A DNA stretch of 64,000 nt from a virus (Duplodnaviria; Caudoviricetes), in the IMG/VR virus record IMGVR_UViG_3300013121_000046. One strand, given 5' to 3'. Of the stretch, positions 36,872 to 46,379 are shown piece after piece. Position 1 is the stretch's first letter, and every line of letters begins with the position of its first letter. The notes below the pieces were generated by a model that saw nothing but the letters and a program-made list of their open reading frames with translations, did not search any database and had not been told where the DNA came from. The position numbers and the translations under genes are program-made.

Positions 36872-37489
36872 CTAAACAGAATCTGAACGTAATTCAGCAC
36901 TAATTAAATCCGCAATACCGGGATTACTCAAAGCCACACCCAGACCAGAAGTGTATGTCCGAGCCATTAACCCATGTAGCTCGCTAGGTGCTATCATTTG
37001 CATATCCGATAAAAGATCCTTACCCTCAGCATAAAGGATAACTCTGCTCAAATTTCCCTCTCGCCAATAAATGTTAGGGCATTCTATCCGTCCTACTAAG
37101 GGGTCGATAGTAAGTGTATCGCAAGTGATGAAATTTTGAAGACCGTTAATCCCACTAGATAGAACTGCCTGTATTCGCCCAGTACCACTAAGCTCAAGAA
37201 TAAAATCCCCGCACAAGACCCTATAATCACCATCTATCTGCGCCTGCTTAACCTCCCAGGACAAAATATCTGTAACAGTCAGGTCGGGGTACTGGATTTG
37301 AAAGTTAGCCCCAGGAATACGGGATAACTTTCGCATGAACTTAGTTGAGACTGTAACTTCGGCTAATCTCTGGTCTTTTACAATGAGTTTCCCGCTCTCA
37401 TCAAAGTAGCTAACACCGCCTACGTCATCAACAGACAGTAACTCCCTATCTTGACCGTACAGAGTAGAATTTACCCCTAAATGTATCAT
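36872..37489 (-). CDS. array A paralog
   Basis: GQDRELL, TDILSWEV, LCGDFIL. Confidence 0.8.
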   Translation of the reverse strand: MIHLGVNSTLYGQDRELLSVDDVGGVSYFDESGKLIVKDQRLAEVTVSTKFMRKLSRIPGANFQIQYPDLTVTDILSWEVKQAQIDGDYRVLCGDFILELSGTGRIQAVLSSGINGLQNFITCDTLTIDPLVGRIECPNIYWREGNLSRVILYAEGKDLLSDMQMIAPSELHGLMARTYTSGLGVALSNPGIADLISAELRSDSV

Positions 37490-37496
37490 GGCTCAA

Positions 37497-38174
37497 CTAC
37501 CCAGTATAAGTATCTATAGAGTACTGAATTAAATCCCAAACATTTTCTGATAGCTCTAACTCTAAATTTACACCGGGTATAGCAAAAAATAAATTCCTAA
37601 GCTTCTGAGGGGATTCAATTCTAGCTCGAAAGCTAACATCGTTAGCTGCATACCCAGTTAAATAAGTAGACACCCTCCCACTTGACTCATCCTTTATGTA
37701 AATTTTTAACCCGGAAACCCCTATTACCATATCCCGAACATAGGAACTAAAAACATGAAACATAAATCTAGGGGGAGAAGGTTGTGCAAAGTCTACCCCC
37801 AATACAAAAGAAGCTTCTAGTGAAAGCTCAAATTCACCTTCTAAAGTTGTCTTCAGACCGCCTTTCTCTGATTCCAAACCCAACACATGTCTAAAAGAAG
37901 GCAGAAATTCCTCTTCCCGAACACGATCTACACCCCAATATAACACATCTTTAACTTTATACCTATGATCTAAATCCTTAGAAGAGACCGAAGTTATACC
38001 GGTGTCATTAGCTAGAGCTAATTGTCCCAACAGAGTTGGGGATACCCAAAGGGATCTACCGGCCTGCCTCTCTGTAACAGTAACTCCCCTGGAGTCCGTG
38101 AATTGCCATTCGTCACCCATTACTAATCGCTCCTGCCCCTCCCCAATAAAAATCCTCTGCTTATCCCAAATCAT
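37497..38174 (-). CDS. array A paralog
   Basis: GEGQERL, KDVLYWGV, LEGEFEL. Confidence 0.8.
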   Translation of the reverse strand: MIWDKQRIFIGEGQERLVMGDEWQFTDSRGVTVTERQAGRSLWVSPTLLGQLALANDTGITSVSSKDLDHRYKVKDVLYWGVDRVREEEFLPSFRHVLGLESEKGGLKTTLEGEFELSLEASFVLGVDFAQPSPPRFMFHVFSSYVRDMVIGVSGLKIYIKDESSGRVSTYLTGYAANDVSFRARIESPQKLRNLFFAIPGVNLELELSENVWDLIQYSIDTYTG

Positions 38175-38806
38175 GGTCGGGCTCCTTGAAGGAACTCACG
38201 GATAAAAAAATCCCCCACCTCTGGCCTGCACAATACGTACTGGGGATGGACGTAGTATGGAACAGATACTCGGAGCCCCTTAAGCTCCGAGGGGGACACA
38301 AACATAGATATCCTATTATCCATTAACGGTAATCCAGAGACATTGCTACTACCACCTATCTGCCAATCTACTCTATTATTTGAATATTGTCTAAGATTAA
38401 GATACGTACAAAATAGAGTGAAGCTTGTTTCCGGTAGATATACAAGTAGGGGTTCTTTCTGGGTACTCCAAGTTGAGGGATACACAGACAGTTGACTAAA
38501 ACAAGTTAAAAGCAGTTGAATATCCCCGACAATTTTTCCGTTTAATCTGCCCCCTGAAATACTCTCTACTCCCCAACTCAAAACATCAGTAACAGTTGCC
38601 ATAGTTGTTGGCGTCAAAACTATTTCTGCCCCCGGCAACTTGCATAACCTATACTTCAATGTCAGCGATAGCTTTGTAGGGAGTTTACTAATAACTGAGG
38701 TTTTCCCTAATTCATCTGTGAATTGAAGACGACCACCATCCCAGGACAACTCTTCCAAACCCTCTCCCCTAACACTAAATGAATCCAAGGTATTAGGCAT
38801 TTTCAC
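38171..38806 (-). CDS. array A paralog
   Basis: GEGLEEL, TDVLSWGV, IVGDIQL. Confidence 0.8.
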   Translation of the reverse strand: MKMPNTLDSFSVRGEGLEELSWDGGRLQFTDELGKTSVISKLPTKLSLTLKYRLCKLPGAEIVLTPTTMATVTDVLSWGVESISGGRLNGKIVGDIQLLLTCFSQLSVYPSTWSTQKEPLLVYLPETSFTLFCTYLNLRQYSNNRVDWQIGGSSNVSGLPLMDNRISMFVSPSELKGLRVSVPYYVHPQYVLCRPEVGDFFIREFLQGARP

Positions 38807-39428
38807 ACCCCCTGCGACCCCTCAGAATTTCGGATTTATCATGCCCTATAAGAGCTTTCAAACCTTCCGATAGTGGCAGAAACCTTCTAGATTCTGGGAC
38901 ATCCCAAAGTATATTCCCACCTAATTCAAAAGGTTTTATCAATGTTGGCCCAGAGCGAACCTTCGGATCAAAATACACCTTCTTATCTAAAACCTCCAAA
39001 CGTTCAACCTTAACTGATACCGATAGGGGTATTGGCGAGGTACTCAAATCCCAACTCATGAAGGGTATAAGATTATCCGGTGCTAAAACTATTTCACCAT
39101 AGTGACTAACTATGAATTCATAGTCCCCAATTAAAACATAATCATGTCTAATCACATCCGTATGCCAAATCAAAATATCCTCTATCTGAATGGGCCCATA
39201 CTCTGGAGAAATACGAACAAGAATATCCCTACTATCAATCAATCTCCGAAACTTATTCAATAGAGTTACTGATACCCCCCCAACACTTGCGTGGGTACCA
39301 ATATCACTGCGATACGACCGCATTTCCCCATCTGTAGAAGTATAATCAAATCTCAAATCATCAGAAGCTATCACCAACTTCTCAGGTCCTTCTCCCGTTA
39401 TAGTTACTCCATCCCAGTTAAAGGCCAT
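38793..39428 (-). CDS. array A paralog
   Basis: GEGPEKL, EDILIW, LIGDYEF. Confidence 0.8.
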   Translation of the reverse strand: MAFNWDGVTITGEGPEKLVIASDDLRFDYTSTDGEMRSYRSDIGTHASVGGVSVTLLNKFRRLIDSRDILVRISPEYGPIQIEDILIWHTDVIRHDYVLIGDYEFIVSHYGEIVLAPDNLIPFMSWDLSTSPIPLSVSVKVERLEVLDKKVYFDPKVRSGPTLIKPFELGGNILWDVPESRRFLPLSEGLKALIGHDKSEILRGRRGCENA

Positions 39429-39461
39429 TATATGACTCCAATACTAGTGGATTAGTAGACT

Positions 39462-40079
39462 TTAATTTGGTTCTTTTGAAACCCATTCCCTAGTAGTCTC
39501 AGCTAATAAATCAAGAAGAAAATTGTCTGGGTATATACCGATAGAATTCGGCCTCAAAAATGAGTAGTTCAGACCTGAATCCGGAGATAGCCACCCGATC
39601 TTCCCACCCGTAAAACCCGCCACAAAACCCCTAAGGGGAGCATAGGATAAACCCTCTAAGGAAATCAACAACGGAATATTCTCCCAAAAGGTGCTAAGGG
39701 TAAAAGGTAAAACAGATATCTCCCCTTTTAATGCACTGGTTAAGGTGCCCTGAAAAGAGAAACTCCCAAACAAATGAAATAGAAGATTACTGTTGAAAGA
39801 CTCGATTGTACTCACATCCCATAAATCTATACCGGTAATATGCAGATCAGAACCAGTTGTTTGGGGTATAAGTAAAACACTTTTAGGGACCTTAGGATAG
39901 TCTTTAAGCAACTGAACAAAGAAATCCTTTGATACTACAATGTCTTCCCTTTCAAATACAGAATACGTTCTAGGTTTTTCCCCAGGCTGTGTGTACCAAA
40001 CCCGATTACCCGAATGAAGTATCTCCATACTTTCTCCGGTAGCCTCGCAATGAATCAGTATTTTATTACTCTTCGCCAT
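39462..40079 (-). CDS. array A paralog (divergent)
   Basis: ATGESMEI, VVSKDFF, GIDLWDV, LFGSFSF. Confidence 0.65.
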   Translation of the reverse strand: MAKSNKILIHCEATGESMEILHSGNRVWYTQPGEKPRTYSVFEREDIVVSKDFFVQLLKDYPKVPKSVLLIPQTTGSDLHITGIDLWDVSTIESFNSNLLFHLFGSFSFQGTLTSALKGEISVLPFTLSTFWENIPLLISLEGLSYAPLRGFVAGFTGGKIGWLSPDSGLNYSFLRPNSIGIYPDNFLLDLLAETTREWVSKEPN

Positions 40080-40308
40080 CAGTTTACCTCTCTAAACTTC
40101 CTCAAGTCAGACTCTATAAGAGCCTCCAACCCAACTGATCGGGGAAGACTTCTCAAACCACAAATTGATACCCTTCCGGATACCAAATAAACTTCTCCTG
40201 ACCGCTACCAGGGATATTTACGTTATAGGTATTGTTAGCCCTGCCAACTCCTTGAGTCAGAGTATCTTTCTAAATAGCCCGTACTCTTTGCCTATCAAAT
40301 AATGAACT

Positions 40309-41019
40309 TTAGTCGGATTCTTCAAGGCCCCAATCCCTAGCATACTCTACAACTAGAGCGACAAAATTTTCAGAGTTAATAAGCTCATACTCTTGATCCC
40401 CGATTACATCCATCAATACCCTACCTACCCTCGGATATAAAGTACGGATACTATCAATGCCAGAAAATAAGCACTTATAACCTGCTGGGTGCTCAAGAGC
40501 GGGTAGCAATCTGATCGTTTTACCGAGTACAATAACAGATGCGGGTACGACCTGAGATTCCAAGGAAATCCAAGCCATCTCAGCTATTCCAGGAGTTGGC
40601 TCCATAATCGCCACAGCCTCCAATGAGGCTAAGACAGATAGCTCTAATTGAAAGTCTCCGAATAAATCTATGCCGTACCGTGTATCAAATTCCTGCGGAC
40701 TCTGTACCATCTTACTGGAGCGATTCACAGCCCAACTCAGAATATCCTTTACCTCGCCCTTAAGTTCTTTCGGAGACAAGGTTATGGGAACGCCCCCCGC
40801 CAATCTCCGAACATTATTAATAAGGGCGACAGATACATTAGGGATATGCACCCCATCCCCATAGTAAAAAAATTGTTCAGTCCCATTTCCCTGAGAATCT
40901 ATATACGTAAGGTGATACACCAATTTACCATAGCCAAAATAAGGGTGGTCCTCAGGCTGAATGCTCAGCCTCTCTGGTCCCTCACCCAAAATCACCACAT
41001 CTGGACTAATGTATCCCAT
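40309..41019 (-). CDS. array A paralog
   Basis: GEGPERL, KDILSWAV, LFGDFQL. Confidence 0.8.
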   Translation of the reverse strand: MGYISPDVVILGEGPERLSIQPEDHPYFGYGKLVYHLTYIDSQGNGTEQFFYYGDGVHIPNVSVALINNVRRLAGGVPITLSPKELKGEVKDILSWAVNRSSKMVQSPQEFDTRYGIDLFGDFQLELSVLASLEAVAIMEPTPGIAEMAWISLESQVVPASVIVLGKTIRLLPALEHPAGYKCLFSGIDSIRTLYPRVGRVLMDVIGDQEYELINSENFVALVVEYARDWGLEESD

Positions 41020-41063
41020 GCCTAATCCTCAGAATATATGCCCGACATACCTCTTAGAAGCTA

Positions 41064-41666
41064 TCACTTACTCGGTAAGTCCTTAAGACTTTCCCAATAT
41101 TCTTTTAGTGTGGAATTCACCCCAAGGTTGTTAACATCGGTCCAGTCTACTGCATCAGATTCAAAACCCCTAAAAATATGAGGAAACTCAACTACCGCCT
41201 TCTCTATGTTGAAAAATTGAAAATAATGGTTTTCTGACTCCCTATCAGCTAACGTTATTCTCTGAACCTTAACCGATAGTATGAATTCCCTAGGTTCCGT
41301 CCATAAGGAATAGGAGTGCAGTCTCTCAGACCAAAACCGTACATTCATAAAAGCTGGGGTTTCAACCAGGAATGTAAAATCACCTACTAAAGTATCGGGA
41401 ATACTTCTATCCCAATACTCAGGAGAGAACTCTCTGATATCTTTTATTCTAGCCTGTCTATGGAGGAATAATCGAGTATCCCCCTTAATATTAGACGAAA
41501 AATTTACAAGTAGCCTCTTAATCAATAGAGGAGAAACTCCAAATACCTCTCTAGTAAGTATCTGCTTCCCGCTAGTGTTAATATAAGTTACATCACCCGA
41601 ATCATCACAACCAAATTCTTCTAGACCCTCTCCACTAACTCCTTGACCTGGCTTGAGAGTTATCAT
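41064..41666 (-). CDS. array A paralog, young subfamily
   Basis: VSPLLIKRLLVNFSS, ARIKDIREFS, GDFTFLV, YWESLKDLP; start MITLK at 41666. Confidence 0.85.
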   Translation of the reverse strand: MITLKPGQGVSGEGLEEFGCDDSGDVTYINTSGKQILTREVFGVSPLLIKRLLVNFSSNIKGDTRLFLHRQARIKDIREFSPEYWDRSIPDTLVGDFTFLVETPAFMNVRFWSERLHSYSLWTEPREFILSVKVQRITLADRESENHYFQFFNIEKAVVEFPHIFRGFESDAVDWTDVNNLGVNSTLKEYWESLKDLPSK

Positions 41667-42280
41667 TATCTTTTCTTCCACTTACGCGGTAAGTCCTTAA
41701 GACTTTCCCAGTATTCTTTTAGTGCGGAATTCACCCCAAAATTATTAATATCGGACCAGGTTATTGCATCAGCTTCAAAACCCCTAAAAATATGAGGAGA
41801 CTCAACTACCGCCTTCTTTATGTTGGAAAACTTAAAAAAATGGTTTTCTGACCCCCAATTAACTAACCCTACTTTCTGAACATTAACCGATAGTATGAAT
41901 TCTGTAAGTTCCATCCATAAGGAACCTATGTAATTTTCTTGTAACGGCACCCTTACACCTAAACGGGCTGGAATTTCAACCAGGAATGTAAAATCACCTG
42001 CTAAAGTATCGGGAGTACTTCTATCCCAATACGCAGGAGAGAATTCTCGGATATCTTTTATTCTAGCATGTCTATGGAGGTATAATTGAGAATCACTCTT
42101 AGGATCAGACGAAAAATTTACAAGTAGCCTCTTAATCAGTAGGGGAGAAACTTCATGTATCACCCCAGTAGATATCTTCTTCCCGCTAGTGTTAGTATAA
42201 TTTATACTACCTGACTCAGCACACCACAATTCTTCTAGACCCTCTCCCCTAACTCCTTGACCTGGCTTAATAGTTATCAT
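41666..42280 (-). CDS. array A paralog, young subfamily
   Basis: Same invariant blocks. Confidence 0.85.
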   Translation of the reverse strand: MITIKPGQGVRGEGLEELWCAESGSINYTNTSGKKISTGVIHEVSPLLIKRLLVNFSSDPKSDSQLYLHRHARIKDIREFSPAYWDRSTPDTLAGDFTFLVEIPARLGVRVPLQENYIGSLWMELTEFILSVNVQKVGLVNWGSENHFFKFSNIKKAVVESPHIFRGFEADAITWSDINNFGVNSALKEYWESLKDLPRKWKKR

Positions 42281-42302
42281 TATTTGTACCTTTTAGAAGC
42301 TA

Positions 42303-42920
42303 TCACCTACTCGGTAAATCCTTAAGACTTTCCCAATAGTCTCTTAGTGCAAAACCCTCTTCAAGATTATGAACAACGGACCAGCTTACTGCGGACCAGT
42401 TTGTTGCATCAGATTCAAAACCCCTAAAAATATGAGGAAACTCAACTACCGCTTTCTTTACATCGGAAAGCAGAAAATAATCCCTTTCTGACTTTCCACT
42501 AACTAACGTTATTCTCTGAGTATTAACCGATAGTATGAACTCTGTAAGTTCCATCCATAAGAAACCTATGTAATTTTCTTGTAACGGCACCCTTACACCC
42601 AAACTGGCTGGAATTTCAACCAGGAATGTAAAATCACCTACTAAAATACTGGGGTTATCTCTATCCCAATACTCAGGAGAGAACTCTCTGATATCTTTTA
42701 TTCTAGCCTGTCTATGGAGGAATAATCGAGTATCCCCCTTAATGTTAGACGAAAAATTTACAAGTAGCCTCTTAATCAGTAGAGGAGAAACTCCAAATAC
42801 CTCTCTAGTAAGTAGCTGCTTCCCGCTAGTGTTAGTATAAGTTATCCTACCTGAATCAGCACACCTCAATTCTTCTAGACCCTCTCCACTAACTCCTTGA
42901 CCTGACTTAAGAGTTATCAT
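42303..42920 (-). CDS. array A paralog, young subfamily
   Basis: Same invariant blocks. Confidence 0.85.
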   Translation of the reverse strand: MITLKSGQGVSGEGLEELRCADSGRITYTNTSGKQLLTREVFGVSPLLIKRLLVNFSSNIKGDTRLFLHRQARIKDIREFSPEYWDRDNPSILVGDFTFLVEIPASLGVRVPLQENYIGFLWMELTEFILSVNTQRITLVSGKSERDYFLLSDVKKAVVEFPHIFRGFESDATNWSAVSWSVVHNLEEGFALRDYWESLKDLPSR

Positions 42921-42942
42921 TATCTGTACCTCTTAGAAGCTA

Positions 42943-43545
42943 TCACCTACTCGGTAAGTCCTTAAGACTTTTCCAGTATTCTTTTAGTGCGGAATTCACC
43001 CCAAAATTATTAACATCGGACCAGTCTACTGCATCAGATTCAAAACCCCTAAAAGTATGAGGAGACTCAATTTCTGTTTTCTTTACATCAGAAAACAGAA
43101 AGTAATCCTCTTCTGGGTTCCTATCAACTAACGTTATTCTCTGAGTATTAACCGATAGTATGAATTCCCTGGGTTCCATCCATAAGACATAGGAGTGCGG
43201 TCTCTCAGAACGAATCCATACATTCATCTGGGCTAAGACTTTCACCAAGAATGTAAAGTCACCTACCAGAATATCATGCTTAGTTCTCCCCCAATACTCA
43301 GAAGAGAACTCTCTGATATCTTTTATTCTAGCCTGTCTATGGAGATATAGTCGAGTATCCCTCTTAATATTAGACGAAAAATTTACAAGTAGTCTCTTAA
43401 TTAGTAGGGGAGAAACTCCCCATATCTGTGATCCAAATGCCCGAAGCCCTCTAATATCAATAAAATCTATATTACCTGAATCATCAAACCCAAGTTCTTC
43501 TGAACCCTCTCCTTTAACTCTCTGACCCGGCTTAAGAGTTATCAT
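42943..43545 (-). CDS. array A paralog, young subfamily
   Basis: Same invariant blocks. Confidence 0.85.
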   Translation of the reverse strand: MITLKPGQRVKGEGSEELGFDDSGNIDFIDIRGLRAFGSQIWGVSPLLIKRLLVNFSSNIKRDTRLYLHRQARIKDIREFSSEYWGRTKHDILVGDFTFLVKVLAQMNVWIRSERPHSYVLWMEPREFILSVNTQRITLVDRNPEEDYFLFSDVKKTEIESPHTFRGFESDAVDWSDVNNFGVNSALKEYWKSLKDLPSR

Positions 43546-43564
43546 TATTTGTACCTCTTAGAAG

Positions 43565-44179
43565 CTACCCCTTACTCGGTAAGTCCTTAAGACTTTCCCA
43601 ATATTCTTTTAGTGCGGAATTCACCCCAAAATTATTAACATTGGACCAGTTTACTGCCTCAGATTCAAAACCCCTAAAAATATGAGGAAACTCAATTACT
43701 GTTTTCTTTACATCAGAAAGCAGAAAGTAAGCCTCTTCTGGGTTCCTATCAACTAACGTTATTCTTTGAACATTAACCGATAGTATGAATTCTGTAAGTT
43801 CCATCCATAGGGAATAGGAGTACCGTCTCTCAGACCGAATCCCTACATTCATCTGAGTTAAGACTTTCACCAAGAATGTAAAATCACCCACTAAAGTATT
43901 GGATGTATTTCTATCCCAATACTCAGGAGAGAACTCTCTAATATCTTTTATTCTAGCCTGGCTATGGAGGAATAACCAAATATCCCTCTTAATATTAGAC
44001 GAAAAATTTACAAGTAGCCTCTTAATCAGTAGAGGAGAAACTCTCCCTCTCTTGAATCCAAGTACCTGAATCCCTCTAGTATTAATATATTGTACATCAC
44101 CTGAATCATCAAACCCAAGCTCTTCTGAACCCTCTCCCTTAACTCTCTGACCCGGATTAAGAGTTATCATTATCGGCAT
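43565..44179 (-). CDS. array A paralog, young subfamily (first in transcription order)
   Basis: Same invariant blocks. Confidence 0.85.
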   Translation of the reverse strand: MPIMITLNPGQRVKGEGSEELGFDDSGDVQYINTRGIQVLGFKRGRVSPLLIKRLLVNFSSNIKRDIWLFLHSQARIKDIREFSPEYWDRNTSNTLVGDFTFLVKVLTQMNVGIRSERRYSYSLWMELTEFILSVNVQRITLVDRNPEEAYFLLSDVKKTVIEFPHIFRGFESEAVNWSNVNNFGVNSALKEYWESLKDLPSKG

Positions 44180-44193
44180 CCCGACATAAAAAT

Positions 44194-44235
44194 AAAAGAC
44201 CGCATAAACCCAAAAGGGTAAATAGGCGGTCTTTT
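44194..44235. terminator. probable bidirectional terminator
   Basis: AAAAGACCGC...GCGGTCTTTT inverted repeat with inner ACCC/GGGT stem. Confidence 0.7.
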
Positions 44236-44253
44236 GCCCTCAAGAGTACTCTA

Positions 44254-44607
44254 TTAACGTAGATTTCTGGTACGGTAGTCTGCTATCGTCTGAGATAGCA
44301 TCCCAGAATCCTGAATAGCTTGATCCTTCTGTGTCACCAGGTTAGTATAAGCGGCCCGGGTAGTCGTAACCTGCTGGGCAGTCTGACCCGTAGCCCCAAC
44401 CTGAGGCTGTACCACTGATCTGGTACTATTCAAGGCAGAGATCAGATTACCAACGTTGGTAGCCTCTATGCTCCGCAAGGAGGTACGGAACTTCTTTGGC
44501 CCCGGGAAACGTCTCTGATGGCTCACCTGCTCTGATTGTGGTAATTCGGACATGTCGAACCCTCCAAATAAAAAAACCCAGGGAGATACTCTATCTTTCT
44601 GGGTCAC
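44254..44607 (-). CDS. hypothetical protein (likely start MSELP)
   Basis: GGAGG SD before MSELP. Confidence 0.6.
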   Translation of the reverse strand: MTQKDRVSPWVFLFGGFDMSELPQSEQVSHQRRFPGPKKFRTSLRSIEATNVGNLISALNSTRSVVQPQVGATGQTAQQVTTTRAAYTNLVTQKDQAIQDSGMLSQTIADYRTRNLR

Positions 44608-44746
44608 CGACTTACTTACCTTCGCTGGGTAGAGGGGGTTTTCCTCCTACTTAACAAAAGGATTTTTTCGCAAAAGTAGAAGGTCGAAGTTGAAGGGATT
44701 AACACTTTCTTTTAGGTCACGGTGAATTTTTGTTTGACTCATCCTG

Positions 44747-45331
44747 CTACCCCATTTTTAATAGTAGCCGGGAAACTTCATCCCAGTGTGCTGCCACAGT
44801 ACACCGAGGATCCGGCATAGAAGCCACCGAAACATTCCACGGCTGCAAGAATAGCACTCCTTGGGTACCCTCGGTTTTCTCCAAGTAGTCTCTAATATTA
44901 TCTGGAGAATCGTCAATCAACCACTGAGTAGGAGGGTCTGTCAAATGCTTATCCCCCCCATTTCGGGTATGGTATGCCTCAAATGGGATATCCCAAAAAT
45001 CTAGCCATGCCCGAGTAGACTTCTCTGCCTGTGTCGGGCGAGCCGTCACAATAGCGATACGATAATGCTCGGATAAGTCCTGAAGAGCCTTCGCTGCCCC
45101 ATCTATTGGGGGGGTCTCTAAAACGAAGGTAGGGGAAATGCTCTGGAGACAATATAGAGTGTGAAATACATCCAAGACTCCATAGATTTTGTGCCTAAAA
45201 GATTTAACGTCTGAGCGAACTTCAGGAGTCTCTTGAGGTGCTAACTTGGTGGCATACGTCAATAAATGCTCCACCGAAGCAGCTAGGACACCATCTACAT
45301 CCACCGCAATCCAGGTATCTTTTATACCCAT
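44747..45331 (-). CDS. HAD-family 5'(3')-deoxyribonucleotidase-like
   Basis: IAVDVDGVLA, IVTAR, LIDDSPDN, LFLQPWN. Confidence 0.85.
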   Translation of the reverse strand: MGIKDTWIAVDVDGVLAASVEHLLTYATKLAPQETPEVRSDVKSFRHKIYGVLDVFHTLYCLQSISPTFVLETPPIDGAAKALQDLSEHYRIAIVTARPTQAEKSTRAWLDFWDIPFEAYHTRNGGDKHLTDPPTQWLIDDSPDNIRDYLEKTEGTQGVLFLQPWNVSVASMPDPRCTVAAHWDEVSRLLLKMG

Positions 45332-45429
45332 CTAAAGCCTCAAGTTAAACTGAGGAGCGTACGAGCCTCATCAAGGATTACAAATAATTCAATCTAAGGC
45401 GGAATTAAATCCCCCAGAGGAGGGGTGGA

Positions 45430-45768
45430 TCACTCATCCTCTCCCCTCTTTTTTTGTTCTCGAATAAGTTGCTCTAGAACTTTGCGAGGACAGTCGGCGG
45501 CATGATTTTCTTCTTCAAAACGAACCCACTCACAACAGCAGGCACGGCACGCATAGCCAGTAATACGTGCATGTGAATACGTATTACTGTCCCTGTCCAC
45601 GCACGAGTACTCGGTTTCAACATTGTCATCCTCGACCAGCAGCCTCTCTACAACATCAATAATTTTTTCTTTCCAACTCTCCAACTCAACCAATCTCGCC
45701 GAGCCTAAGTGGGTGTTGTCACTCACTGCTTGACCCCCACTTCCTCGACAATCACACTCAAATCCCAC
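45430..45768 (-). CDS. Cys-containing hypothetical protein
   Basis: CRACC...HAADC; likely start VSDNTH. Confidence 0.5.
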   Translation of the reverse strand: MGFECDCRGSGGQAVSDNTHLGSARLVELESWKEKIIDVVERLLVEDDNVETEYSCVDRDSNTYSHARITGYACRACCCEWVRFEEENHAADCPRKVLEQLIREQKKRGEDE

Positions 45769-46379
45769 CCCCGAGTCTTAGCCATTTGCCGCAGGTTGGA
45801 CAACATGGCCATCCGCTCGGCCTCGAATGGACCGCCTTCTTCGCGGATAAGCTGCTCGACCGCATCAATCGCAACGTCCCAACACCCCCCGCGAATTCGC
45901 CAGCCTCGCGACGTGTCCCACCACAAAAATACCCGATAGCCGTTTGAGAGGATGCCGCCATCCAGAATGCGGTTGTCGCCGCAATCCGCGCCGGCGAAGT
46001 TGGCTTGCCTGAAATCAGCACGCGAGATATAAGCCCTCGCGAGCGCGGCCAGCGTGAGATTAGCCATCGTGAGATTAGTCATCGTGAGATTAGCCATCAT
46101 GAGGCCAGCCCCCGCTAGATCGGCCCCTGTGAGATTAGCCCCTGCTAGATTGGCCCCCGCGAGATTGGCCCCTGCTAGATCAGCCCCTGCTAGATCCGCC
46201 CCCGCGAGATTGGCCCACCTGAGATCGGCACCCGCGAGATCGGCCGCGCGTAGGCTTATTCCCGCCACTATCGCCTTCCTTATCGCCGCTCCCAGGGCCT
46301 CGGATCGGCTTAGCCCTTTGGGTACGTGGCAGGAGTACAGGACGGCTGCGGTGCGCCTGTGCAAGATTTTGACATTCAT
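45723..46379 (-). CDS. pentapeptide repeat protein
   Basis: (ADLAG/ANLAG/ANLTM)n; start MNVKIL overlaps the upstream stop (ATGA). Confidence 0.88.
   Translation of the reverse strand: MNVKILHRRTAAVLYSCHVPKGLSRSEALGAAIRKAIVAGISLRAADLAGADLRWANLAGADLAGADLAGANLAGANLAGANLTGADLAGAGLMMANLTMTNLTMANLTLAALARAYISRADFRQANFAGADCGDNRILDGGILSNGYRVFLWWDTSRGWRIRGGCWDVAIDAVEQLIREEGGPFEAERMAMLSNLRQMAKTRGWDLSVIVEEVGVKQ

Noticed and set aside
41064-44179. Diversity-generating retroelement as the source of array A variation
   Set aside because: No reverse transcriptase or template repeat in the window; differences are spread along the genes and not adenine-specific by eye
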